A stretch of DNA of 61,425 nt from an uncultured Ruminococcus sp. (GTDB lineage Bacteria > Bacillota > Clostridia > Oscillospirales > Acutalibacteraceae), in assembly GCA_902803805.1 (NCBI GenBank), contig CADCRH010000041.1, positions 1 to 61,425 of the forward strand, written 5' to 3'. The notes below the pieces were generated by a model. That model worked only from the letters and a program-made list of their open reading frames with translations. It did no database searches and was not told where the DNA came from. Shown piece by piece: positions 1-8,414 of this stretch. The position numbers and the translations under genes were made by a program. Each line of letters begins with the position of its first letter. Position 1 is the stretch's first letter.

Positions 1-1056
1 AAATTAAATTTTGAAAAGTTTCCCGAATACCTTATCAAAGAGGTTTGGAAGCTAACCTATTATCCGACCGAAAATTTATCGGAAGAATCTTTAAAACAAA
101 TCATTAACAGCAAAACGGCCGGATTGTCGGCAGACAGTGAAATAAGGATAACAGACCAAGTAATACTGGCAGCCGCATTCGGTCAGATCAAAATAACAGG
201 AAAAATCAACAGCGGTCTTTTGAAAATGGCGCTTGCTTCACTCGACAGAACAGATATGCTTGAAAAAATATTGCAGTTAAGCGGAGGTCATCCGTCCGAA
301 ATCACAGCGAAAATGCGAAACGACCTGATGATATTCAAGGAAAACATTACCACCCCGATTCTTCAAAGAATGGTAGATCGGCTTGACATTCCGTATCAGT
401 TGTTGCCGCCGGACATTTCCGATGAGCAGTTGATGTCCATTTATTACAAAGAATTTGAACGAGGTCAAAAAGAGGGATTCACGCCCATCATTATGCCGGA
501 GGATTCTTATTTGGAGGACTATTTTGAAATTCTCTTTGACGAGGGTGGTTATTCTGTCAGACAAGAACTTGAAAAATCAAACAGTTATGATGGCTATGAA
601 CTTTTACAGGAAAAACTATCCGAACTCTATGAGGATTTTGGAAGTGAGAATATCGATTTATCCGAGGTAAAAGGGGAAATCGAAGGCGGTCAGAATCTGA
701 ATATGCTGTCCACATATGGTACCAATATTCTTCTTAAAGTGCCGACTTCCAAACCGTGGGAAACGGTCGTATATATTCCTTTCGGCGGCTGGAATTCCTG
801 TCCTGCGCCGTCTGAAATGGCGGCGATCTGTCAATACTGGAATCAAAAATACGGTGCTGTTCCTGCCGTGATAACGCACGATGAACTTGAAATGGTTGTT
901 CCAAAACCCGTTTCGGCAGAGGATGCGATGCCGCTTGCAATGGAAATGTATGCTTTTTGTCCCGACTGTGTGGAACAATGCACAAAGAGCGGAAACGCAG
1001 GCGAGGTTGCCGACAGTTTGATGAAGTCAAAAGTCTGGTTTTTCTGGTGGGATTAG
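1..1056 (+). CDS. DUF4253-like protein, 5' end off the window (partial)
   Basis: Frame 1 has no stop from nt 1 to the TAG at 1054-1056, so the TTG at 124 in the ORF track is probably internal. The C-terminal part (FGGWNSCPAP..YGAVPAV..AFCPDCVEQ..WFFWWD) matches my recollection of DUF4253. Confidence 0.6.
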   Translation, partial: KLNFEKFPEYLIKEVWKLTYYPTENLSEESLKQIINSKTAGLSADSEIRITDQVILAAAFGQIKITGKINSGLLKMALASLDRTDMLEKILQLSGGHPSEITAKMRNDLMIFKENITTPILQRMVDRLDIPYQLLPPDISDEQLMSIYYKEFERGQKEGFTPIIMPEDSYLEDYFEILFDEGGYSVRQELEKSNSYDGYELLQEKLSELYEDFGSENIDLSEVKGEIEGGQNLNMLSTYGTNILLKVPTSKPWETVVYIPFGGWNSCPAPSEMAAICQYWNQKYGAVPAVITHDELEMVVPKPVSAEDAMPLAMEMYAFCPDCVEQCTKSGNAGEVADSLMKSKVWFFWWD

Positions 1057-1070
1057 ATGGAGGTTAAAAA

Positions 1071-1646
1071 ATGAATTATTTAAAAGAAACGATCGAGCAG
1101 AAATATTCTGTTGCGACGATCAGAAACAATTATCAGTCGGGTAAAAAATCAAAGTTTGTTTTCTTTTGGAAGCCCGAAATTTCAAAAGACGGCAGATTGA
1201 CCGAAAGTTGTCTTGGACAATGGTGGAAAAGTGATTTTGAGCTTGACGGACAAAAATACATATGTATGGAGCAGTTTATGATGTCCGGAAAAGCGAAACT
1301 GTTCGGTGATGAGGAAATTGATCGGGAAATTTTACGGGCAACCGACCCGAAAACGATCAAATCCCTTGGCAGAGCAGTCCGCAACTTTGACAATGATGTG
1401 TGGGACAGACAAAAATTCACCATTGTTTACTATGGTAATCTTTTAAAATTTTCACAAAACAATGAACTGAAAGAGTTTTTGCTGTCAACAAAAAATAAAA
1501 TTCTTGTTGAGGCAAGTCCTCTTGACAGTATATGGGGAATCAAATTGTCGGCAAAGAATATAGACAGTAACAATCCTATGAAATGGCGCGGACAAAATCT
1601 TCTCGGCTGCGCCTTAATGCAGGTCAGAGATGAACTTTTAAAATAA
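1071..1646 (+). CDS. NADAR (DUF1768/YbiA-like) family protein
   Basis: ATG follows GGAGG. Family-typical string: FFWKP..GQWW..MEQFMMSGKAKLFGD..KSLGRAVRNFD..W..KFSQN..LVEASPLDSIWGI..GQNLLG..LMQVR. Confidence 0.85.
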   Translation: MNYLKETIEQKYSVATIRNNYQSGKKSKFVFFWKPEISKDGRLTESCLGQWWKSDFELDGQKYICMEQFMMSGKAKLFGDEEIDREILRATDPKTIKSLGRAVRNFDNDVWDRQKFTIVYYGNLLKFSQNNELKEFLLSTKNKILVEASPLDSIWGIKLSAKNIDSNNPMKWRGQNLLGCALMQVRDELLK

Positions 1647-1661
1647 AAAGAAGAGCGTACA

Positions 1662-2171
1662 ATGAGTGATCATAACAAAGAAACTTTTCAGCAGGCAGAA
1701 ATTCCGCAGAAAGAGGATCAGGAGATTTCGATAGAGGACGAACTTTTTGGCAAACTGATACTGAATAAAAACTTCCAACATTTTGAAGGAAAATTTAAAA
1801 CAGACGATGGCGAAATCAATCTCTATCTTGATGTTGACCCGAATGCCCCCGAAACTTGGACAAAGACACTTGCCGCCTACAAAAAAGTTTTTTCGGAATA
1901 TGATAAATGGGATAAAGCAATGCTCGCTTTTGTTGCCAAAGAACTTACCGGATATGCCAACGACTGGAAGGATGACGATGAAGAGCAGGACGGTACACCG
2001 CCTATAACAGAAAAAGACTTTGCGCAAAGAATTAACCTCTGTGAATTTTCGATAAACTCTAAAGGGAATTTTTCGGGCTTTTATGACGATGATGATATGT
2101 TCTGGGGACATACCGTACTGGTAGAAGGTTCTCTTGCAAATGGTTTTGACCGTGCATATATTGCGGGGTGA
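1662..2171 (+). CDS. Hypothetical acidic protein (no family recognised with confidence)
   Basis: 169-aa ORF, 15 nt after the NADAR stop, same strand, overlapping the next gene. Asp/Glu rich. It sits between immunity-like genes. Confidence 0.55.
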   Translation: MSDHNKETFQQAEIPQKEDQEISIEDELFGKLILNKNFQHFEGKFKTDDGEINLYLDVDPNAPETWTKTLAAYKKVFSEYDKWDKAMLAFVAKELTGYANDWKDDDEEQDGTPPITEKDFAQRINLCEFSINSKGNFSGFYDDDDMFWGHTVLVEGSLANGFDRAYIAG

Positions 2172-2749
2172 TGATTATGGCGAAAAATATTCTTGACTTT
2201 CGCTCCGATGAAAGACTGAAAAAAATTCCTTTTTTCAAATATCATCCCAATCCGTTTCTGACAGAAGCATTTCAGGAACTTTCCGAGCCGGAAAAATGTG
2301 AATGCTGTGGAAAAGACACATTGATCAAATATACCGGCGGTATCTATGCTGTGGAAGAAGTCGATTGTCTTTGCCCGGAATGTATATCAGACGGCAGCGC
2401 GGCGGAACGATTTGACGGGGAGTTTCAGGACGGATATTCGGTCGATAAGATCATAGACCCCGATGGAAGTAAAATTGACGAATTGATCCATAAAACACCG
2501 GGTTACAGAGGAATCCAGCAGGAATGCTGGAGAGCGCACTGCAATGATTTTTGTGCCTTTTTGGGATACGTGGGAGCGGAGGAACTTCGTGAACTTGGAA
2601 TCTATAATGCCGCCATCGATAACGACAGATGGACAGAGGAACAAAAAGAAAATCTGTTAAAGAATATGGTCAACGGCGGTTGGGTTCAAGGATATTTGTT
2701 TCAGTGTCTGCATTGCGGAAGGTACCTTATATGGGTGGATTATGATTAA
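2171..2749 (+). CDS. CbrC (UPF0167) family protein
   Basis: FKYHPNPF..EKCECCGK..YTGGIY..CLCPECISDGSAAERF is the characteristic CbrC N-terminal pattern. The ATG at 2171 overlaps the upstream TGA (TGATG). GTG 2168 and ATG 2177 are alternative starts. Confidence 0.85.
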   Translation: MIMAKNILDFRSDERLKKIPFFKYHPNPFLTEAFQELSEPEKCECCGKDTLIKYTGGIYAVEEVDCLCPECISDGSAAERFDGEFQDGYSVDKIIDPDGSKIDELIHKTPGYRGIQQECWRAHCNDFCAFLGYVGAEELRELGIYNAAIDNDRWTEEQKENLLKNMVNGGWVQGYLFQCLHCGRYLIWVDYD

Positions 2750-2751
2750 AT

Positions 2752-2796
2752 AAAAAATCGGTGTGTATGGTGTATATCATATATACCGATTTTTTG
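2752..2796. terminator. Bidirectional rho-independent terminator between convergent genes
   Basis: AAAAATCGGTGTGTAT..ATATATACCGATTTTTT. The stem has G-U wobbles, an A-run on the left and a T-run on the right. Confidence 0.7.
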
Positions 2797-2800
2797 TGCG

Positions 2801-4531
2801 TCAGTCACTTAAAGGGATGATGAATTTTTCAAAAGCTTCAATCATTTTGGGGTGTTTTATCAGAAAATGAATGGCAGGGGATTTGCTTTTTGATACCATT
2901 ACCACTTTTTTTTCAATGATGGTAATATCAATATTTCGGAAACTCGGACAAGGATTGATTTTGATATGACAGTTTTTGTATTTTTTTGCATATTCTTTTG
3001 TCTGCCGCATATGCAGAAGATATTCGTCATAGGTGTATTTTATATCGTTTTCATAAAACAACTCCGAAAAAGCCATTAAAAGCGGTTTGCGTTCAAATTC
3101 CTTTGGACTGATTTCCGGCAGTTCAAGAACAATCGTACCGTTTTGCAGAAAAGAATCCATTTTTGCTTTATAATATTGGATAAATTCTTTTATTTTTTGA
3201 TAGTCCGATTTGCTGACATTATTTTCCGAGATCATTTGTGCGAGAAGTTTATCCGATATGGTAAAAACAGGCAGGCTGCTGAAAATTTTTCTGATTTTGT
3301 TATAGGTAAAGCTTTCGTTGAAATATTCCCAAAATTCCTCTTTTTTATCGTGGTTGTAAATCTGCATCAGCGGATGGGCTTTTTGAAGAAGTTGTTCGGC
3401 GCGTTTCCGATAATATTTCAAATCCTCTTTATTAGTGGTAAGATAATAACGTCCGTCCTTGTGATGACCCACAAGAGCTTCTCCGGAGAGGGCAGCGGCT
3501 CCCGATACCTTGATATGGTTCAGAAAAATTTTATCATCATTGTTTTTCAGATAATACGGCGAAATCTGCCCTGTCATATACATTGGGATATAGCTTTCAA
3601 GACCCAGCATCATTTCATAAAGAGGTCGGTCAACATTATGTATCATATGAAGATGAAGCCCCTTTTTGAGCATCATTGCTGTTCCGAACATCCATTTTTT
3701 GGGAAATTCCTTATCTTTTGACATTTCCTGCATAGGCATATTGCTGTAAATAATGACATCCTCTTTTGACCTTGAAAGAACAGTGATACGGATAAAATCA
3801 ATTTCGCTTGCCATCATTTCTTTAAGACCTGTATATTTTTTTGATGAGCTTAATAAGAATGGAGAAGTGATGATTTTTATTTTGTCAAAATTGATTGCCT
3901 GAATGTATTGGCTAAGATTGAATTCATCCAGATTGACAAGGAATTGGTTGATATAATCGGTATTGTTGGCAGGCATATTGGATCCGAGCCATTGAGAGAT
4001 TGTTTCGGCACAGTTTTCTTCATATGAAATATCATTGGGCGAACAGCCAATAATTTCTGAAAGGAGTGTCTGTTGATTGAAAAAATGTACTTGTCTTGCA
4101 ACAAAACCGGAGATTTGGACAGTGAATTTATGAAGGTCGGCAGGACGGCGATTACCTGAAAGTATTTTTGAAATATAGGAGGGGTCGAAATTCAGGCTTT
4201 TGGCAAGGCGGCTGTTGCTGACTTCCAAAGTTTCAAGAAGTCGTTTAAGATTTGAAATATAGGTTTCATATTCAACAGTGATGCCGTCATTGGATGCTTT
4301 GATAAGGTTTTTCAGAATTTCTTCCTCTGAGAGTTCCACGCCCTGTTCCGGACACAGTACTGCCAGTCCGTGTGCGATTTTAGCAATTTGTTCATTGTTT
4401 TCCGACGGTATTCTTGTTCCCCTTCGGTATCTGGAAATGGTTTCGGCAGATACACCCGAAACTGCTGACAAAGTTTTATTGGTACAGCGAAGCTGCTTCA
4501 TATATTCATTTAAACTTTCACTGAATGTCAT
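2801..4531 (-). CDS. XRE-type HTH protein with two HTH motifs and a large uncharacterised C-terminal region
   Basis: The N-terminus TNKTLSAVSGVSAETISRYRRGTRIP and a second SNSRLAKSLNFDPSYISKILSGNRRP both look like HTH_XRE. 576-aa ORF with no competing frame. Confidence 0.75.
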   Translation of the reverse strand: MTFSESLNEYMKQLRCTNKTLSAVSGVSAETISRYRRGTRIPSENNEQIAKIAHGLAVLCPEQGVELSEEEILKNLIKASNDGITVEYETYISNLKRLLETLEVSNSRLAKSLNFDPSYISKILSGNRRPADLHKFTVQISGFVARQVHFFNQQTLLSEIIGCSPNDISYEENCAETISQWLGSNMPANNTDYINQFLVNLDEFNLSQYIQAINFDKIKIITSPFLLSSSKKYTGLKEMMASEIDFIRITVLSRSKEDVIIYSNMPMQEMSKDKEFPKKWMFGTAMMLKKGLHLHMIHNVDRPLYEMMLGLESYIPMYMTGQISPYYLKNNDDKIFLNHIKVSGAAALSGEALVGHHKDGRYYLTTNKEDLKYYRKRAEQLLQKAHPLMQIYNHDKKEEFWEYFNESFTYNKIRKIFSSLPVFTISDKLLAQMISENNVSKSDYQKIKEFIQYYKAKMDSFLQNGTIVLELPEISPKEFERKPLLMAFSELFYENDIKYTYDEYLLHMRQTKEYAKKYKNCHIKINPCPSFRNIDITIIEKKVVMVSKSKSPAIHFLIKHPKMIEAFEKFIIPLSD

Positions 4532-4680
4532 TTTTATCTCTCCATTTTCATAAAATAAAGATCACCCCAAATTGTCAATGACAATTTGGTCGTTTTAGAT
4601 TGAAATGTTATTGTTTGGTGTTATCATGATAACTGTCACCTGTCATGAAGGTTGACGATATACAAATTTGATTATTTGTA

Positions 4681-4721
4681 TAAAACCTCCCTGCCGTGCA
4701 TCGCTATGCTTTGCACGGCAT
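4681..4721 (-). terminator. Terminator hairpin downstream of the Crp/Fnr gene
   Basis: TGCCGTGCA..TGCACGGCA 9-bp stem immediately after the stop at 4725. The U-tract on the minus strand is weak (GGTTTTA). Confidence 0.5.
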
Positions 4722-4724
4722 ATT

Positions 4725-5350
4725 TTATTTCAGCGTGATGATTTGTCCTTTTGACACAATGATACCATCTTTATTCATATTTTTGATTTCTCTCATCATA
4801 GCGCTTCTGTCAACAGAAATATAGTCCGCAAGGTCGGAAAGATTGAGCGGAATATGGATCTGCTGCTCCTCCGAATCTTTGGCGATATAGCGAAAATAGG
4901 TCAAAAGTTTGTTTCTGATGGTTCTTTGTGATAAAATATCTACGTGCATTTGTTTTCGCTGAGCAGAGGATATGATCAGTTCATTCATCATTTTTGTGTG
5001 TTCTATATAATCATCCCGACAGCAATTTATCATATTGTCATAGGTACATTTGTACAGCGTACATTTTGTCTTAGCAATAACATAGTATAAATTTACAGGC
5101 TTATGCGGAAAAAATGCATTGCCGAAAATATTTCCCGATTCATAATAATCAAGAATATTTTTTTCTCCTGCGGCATTAATCCCGACAAGATAGGAAAGAC
5201 CGGTTTCCATTAAACCAATATCCGAGCGCTTGTCATCAAATTGCATAATGATGTCATTTTTTTTGTAAGTCTGTCGTTCGGCGCCGGTCATCTTTGCAAA
5301 ATCCTTTTGTCTGCCGAACGGATTTTCGTTCAAAACAGAATATTTATTCA
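4725..5350 (-). CDS. Crp/Fnr family transcriptional regulator
   Basis: cNMP-binding-like N-terminal part and a C-terminal HTH (LSDLADYISVDRSAMMREIKNMNKDGII). I prefer the internal ATG (MNKYSVLNENPF) at 5350 over the ORF-track start at 5441. Confidence 0.8.
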
Positions 5351-5359
5351 TTTGGACAC

Positions 5360-5375
5360 CTTCTATATAATGTGT
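5360..5375. promoter_or_regulatory. Candidate NrdR box 1
   Basis: CTTCTATATAATGTGT matches the remembered 16-bp consensus ACACTATATATAGTGT at about 11 of 16 positions. Confidence 0.35.
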
Positions 5376-5391
5376 TATATTTTTGTGTAAA

Positions 5392-5407
5392 ACGCTATAT
5401 ATTGTAT
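5392..5407. promoter_or_regulatory. Candidate NrdR box 2
   Basis: ACGCTATATATTGTAT matches ACACTATATATAGTGT at about 13 of 16 positions. Its centre is 32 bp from box 1, the usual tandem spacing, and it lies upstream of nrdD. Confidence 0.45.
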
Positions 5408-5421
5408 TATAACATAGATAA

Positions 5422-5435
5422 GTTGCAATTGCAAC
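5422..5435. promoter_or_regulatory. Perfect 14-nt palindrome in the crp/fnr - nrdD divergent region
   Basis: GTTGCAATTGCAAC is its own reverse complement, and a further CAATTGCA copy lies 8 nt downstream. Candidate operator. Confidence 0.4.
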
Positions 5436-5498
5436 AGACAATTGCAGGCTTTTGGGCTACAATATAACCCGTACATAAAAATAAGGGAGATCACAACT

Positions 5499-7673
5499 AT
5501 GAAAATTATCAAGAGAAATTCATCGGAGGAAGTCTTCAACGGAGAGAAAATCGTTAATGCTGTAACAAAAGCGAATAATGCGTCCGCTCAAAAATATCTG
5601 ACAGTCGAGCAGATCAGAGATATTGCCGAGTATGTTGAGTATAAGTGCAATAAAATGGGCAGAGCTGTATCAGTAGAGGAAATTCAGGATATGGTAGAAG
5701 ACCAGATTATGGCAAAGGGTGCATTTGAGCTTGCCAAAAATTACGTACGTTATCGATATACGCGTTCACTTGTCCGCCGCTCCAATACGACGGATAATAA
5801 AATATTAAGTTTGATCGAGTGCAACAACGAGGAAGTGAAGCAGGAAAATTCAAACAAAAATCCGACTGTTAACAGTGTTCAGCGTGACTATATGGCAGGT
5901 GAGGTCAGTAAGGATTTGACCAAAAGAATTCTGCTTCCACCGGATATTATCGAAGCCCACGAAAAAGGATTGATCCATTTTCACGATACGGACTATTTTG
6001 CACAGCATATGCATAACTGCGACCTTGTCAATCTTGAAGATATGCTGCAAAACGGCACGGTTATCAGCGAAACACTGATTGAAAAGCCCCACAGCTTCTC
6101 CACCGCCTGTAACATTGCCACACAGATCATCGCACAGGTTGCCAGTAACCAGTACGGCGGTCAAAGTATCAGCCTTGCGCACCTTGCACCGTTTGTTCAG
6201 ATCTCGAGAGAAAAAATCAGAAAGGAATTTTTGCAGGAACTGAAAGAGCTTGGCTGTGAGGTGCCGCAGGAAACCATTGACAAGATTGTCGAGGAAAGAC
6301 TTCGCAAGGAAATTACAAAGGGCGTTCAGACGATTCAATATCAGGTTGTCACACTTTTGACCACGAACGGTCAGGCGCCGTTTGTTACCGTGTTTATGTA
6401 TCTGAATGAGGCAAAGAACGAGCAGGAAAAGAAAGACCTTGCAATGATCATAGAAGAAACCCTCCGCCAGCGTCATACAGGCGTCAAGAATGAAGCAGGC
6501 GTGTGGATAACACCGGCATTTCCGAAGCTCATCTATGTTCTTGAGGAGGATAATATCACCGAGGACAGCAAATATTGGTATCTGACAGAGTTGGCGGCAA
6601 AATGTACAGCAAAAAGAATGGTTCCGGATTATATTTCGGAAAAGGTAATGCTTAAAAATAAAATTGACAAAAATGGGGAAGGTCACTGTTATACCTGTAT
6701 GGGCTGCCGAAGCTTTTTAACGCCGTATGTTGATAAAGACGGCAAGCCGAAATATTACGGACGCTTTAATCAGGGTGTCGTGACGGTGAACCTTGTGGAT
6801 ATTGGTTTAAGTGCCAACAAGGATATGACAAAGTTCTGGGAAATTTTTGACGAAAGAATGGATATTTGTCATCGTGCGCTGCGTGAGCGCCACAACAGAT
6901 TAAAAGGAACGCTTTCCGATGCCGCACCGATTCTGTGGCAGTACGGAGCAATTTCAAGACTGAAAAAAGCACAGCCGATTGACGAACTTCTTTACGGCGG
7001 CTATTCCACCCTTTCCCTCGGCTATGCCGGACTCTGGGAATGTGTTTACAGTCTTAACGGCAAAAAGCTCACCGAAGAAGAGGGCAAGAAACTCGGTCTT
7101 GAAATAATGCAGAAGCTGAATGATTACTGTGCAAAATGGAAAACCGAAGAAAATATCGACTACAGTATATACGGCACACCGCTTGAAAGCACAACTTATA
7201 AATTTGCAAAGTGCCTTCAAAAGCGTTTCGGTATCGTGCCGGGCATTACAGACAGAAACTATATCACAAACAGCTATCACGTTCACGTTACGGAAGAAAT
7301 TGATGCCTTTGAAAAGCTGAAGCTTGAATCGGAATTTCAGACACTTTCGCCAGGCGGCGCCATCAGCTATGTTGAAGTTCCGAATATGCAGGACAACATT
7401 CCGGCAGTTCTTGGCTTGATCAAATTTATCTATGAAAATATAATGTATGCCGAGCTTAACACCAAGAGCGATTATTGTCAGGTATGCGGCTACAGCGGTG
7501 AGATTGGTATTGTAAAAGATGATGACGGCAAGCTGATATGGGAGTGTCCGAACTGCCATAATCAGGATCAGAACAAGCTGAATGTCGCAAGAAGAACCTG
7601 TGGTTATATCGGCACACAATTCTGGAATCAGGGACGCACTCAGGAAATACAGGAAAGGGTGCTTCATCTCTGA
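5499..7673 (+). CDS. nrdD: Anaerobic ribonucleoside-triphosphate reductase
   Basis: N-terminal ATP-cone (MKIIKRNSSEEVFNGEKI). C-terminal Zn-ribbon CQVCGYSG..CPNCHN and glycyl-radical motif RRTCGYIG. The start is at the ATG after AAGGGAGA, not at 5442. Confidence 0.97.
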   Translation: MKIIKRNSSEEVFNGEKIVNAVTKANNASAQKYLTVEQIRDIAEYVEYKCNKMGRAVSVEEIQDMVEDQIMAKGAFELAKNYVRYRYTRSLVRRSNTTDNKILSLIECNNEEVKQENSNKNPTVNSVQRDYMAGEVSKDLTKRILLPPDIIEAHEKGLIHFHDTDYFAQHMHNCDLVNLEDMLQNGTVISETLIEKPHSFSTACNIATQIIAQVASNQYGGQSISLAHLAPFVQISREKIRKEFLQELKELGCEVPQETIDKIVEERLRKEITKGVQTIQYQVVTLLTTNGQAPFVTVFMYLNEAKNEQEKKDLAMIIEETLRQRHTGVKNEAGVWITPAFPKLIYVLEEDNITEDSKYWYLTELAAKCTAKRMVPDYISEKVMLKNKIDKNGEGHCYTCMGCRSFLTPYVDKDGKPKYYGRFNQGVVTVNLVDIGLSANKDMTKFWEIFDERMDICHRALRERHNRLKGTLSDAAPILWQYGAISRLKKAQPIDELLYGGYSTLSLGYAGLWECVYSLNGKKLTEEEGKKLGLEIMQKLNDYCAKWKTEENIDYSIYGTPLESTTYKFAKCLQKRFGIVPGITDRNYITNSYHVHVTEEIDAFEKLKLESEFQTLSPGGAISYVEVPNMQDNIPAVLGLIKFIYENIMYAELNTKSDYCQVCGYSGEIGIVKDDDGKLIWECPNCHNQDQNKLNVARRTCGYIGTQFWNQGRTQEIQERVLHL

Positions 7674-7674
7674 T

Positions 7675-8211
7675 ATGAATTATGGTAATATTAAAGAATT
7701 TGATATTGCGAACGGAGAGGGAGTGCGAATCTCCCTTTTTGTTTCGGGGTGTACTCATCATTGTAAGGGCTGTTTTCAGCCCCAGACGTGGGATTTTAAC
7801 TATGGAGAGCCGTTCACAGAGGAAACGGAGAATCATATTATCCAACTTCTTGCACAAAGCTATATAGACGGTTTGTCGCTTTTGGGCGGCGAACCGTTTG
7901 AAAAAGTCAATCAACGTGCATTATTGCCGTTTCTTCGCAGGGTAAAACAACTGTATCCGAAGAAAACCATATGGTGTTACAGCGGCTATACTTTCGATAC
8001 AGATTTAAAAATCGGCGGCAGTGCATATTGTGAGTGTACAGATGAAATGCTTTCTTTGATAGATATACTGGTTGATGGTGAATTTATCGAGGAGCAAAAG
8101 GACATATCCCTTGATTTCAGAGGTTCATCCAATCAACGCATTATTGATGTTCACAAATCTCTTGCCGGAAACGAAACCGTGATTTGGAAAAACCGCAGCA
8201 GAGAACTATAA
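7675..8211 (+). CDS. nrdG: Anaerobic ribonucleotide reductase activating protein (radical SAM)
   Basis: MNYGNIKEFDIANGEGVRISLFVSGCTHHCKGCF contains the CxxxCxxC cluster motif. The ATG is 1 nt after the nrdD TGA. Confidence 0.95.
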   Translation: MNYGNIKEFDIANGEGVRISLFVSGCTHHCKGCFQPQTWDFNYGEPFTEETENHIIQLLAQSYIDGLSLLGGEPFEKVNQRALLPFLRRVKQLYPKKTIWCYSGYTFDTDLKIGGSAYCECTDEMLSLIDILVDGEFIEEQKDISLDFRGSSNQRIIDVHKSLAGNETVIWKNRSREL

Positions 8212-8278
8212 CATAGAAAATAGGGGAGATTTGTGCCAATTTACAAAAATTGAAATGATCTATACTTTCAGAACTTTT

Positions 8279-8307
8279 GCACTCACCGATCGGTGAGTGT
8301 TTTTTAT
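8279..8307 (+). terminator. Rho-independent terminator of nrdDG
   Basis: CACTCACCGATCGGTGAGTG perfect hairpin followed by TTTTTTATT. Confidence 0.85.
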
Positions 8308-8348
8308 TGTAAAAATCAGTAAAGTACAAAAATCGGTACAATGATTTG

Positions 8349-8377
8349 TTGAAATTCTTTTTGATATTTTATATAAT
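8349..8377 (+). promoter_or_regulatory. Sigma-70-type promoter for the AAA/VWA/SWIM operon
   Basis: TTGAAA - 17 nt - TATAAT, about 38 nt upstream of the ATG at 8415. Confidence 0.65.
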
Positions 8378-8414
8378 GATAGTAAATCAAAGACCGAAAA
8401 ACGGAGGAGTTAAA

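Noticed and set aside
5442-5498. Upstream extensions in the ORF track for nrdD (5442), nrdG (7582), the AAA ATPase (8346), panB (38707), panD (40453), coaBC (40853), the Fur-family gene (47256), the TagF-like gene (54040) and others
   Set aside because: In each case an internal ATG with a good Shine-Dalgarno sequence matches the conserved family N-terminus. The extension overlaps the upstream gene or the promoter.
5850-7667. Long minus-strand ORFs (278 aa at 5850-6686, 237 aa at 6954-7667) inside nrdD
   Set aside because: They are antisense shadows of a gene whose identity is unambiguous. They have no RBS, and the odd Cys/Phe/Lys-rich translations match no motif.
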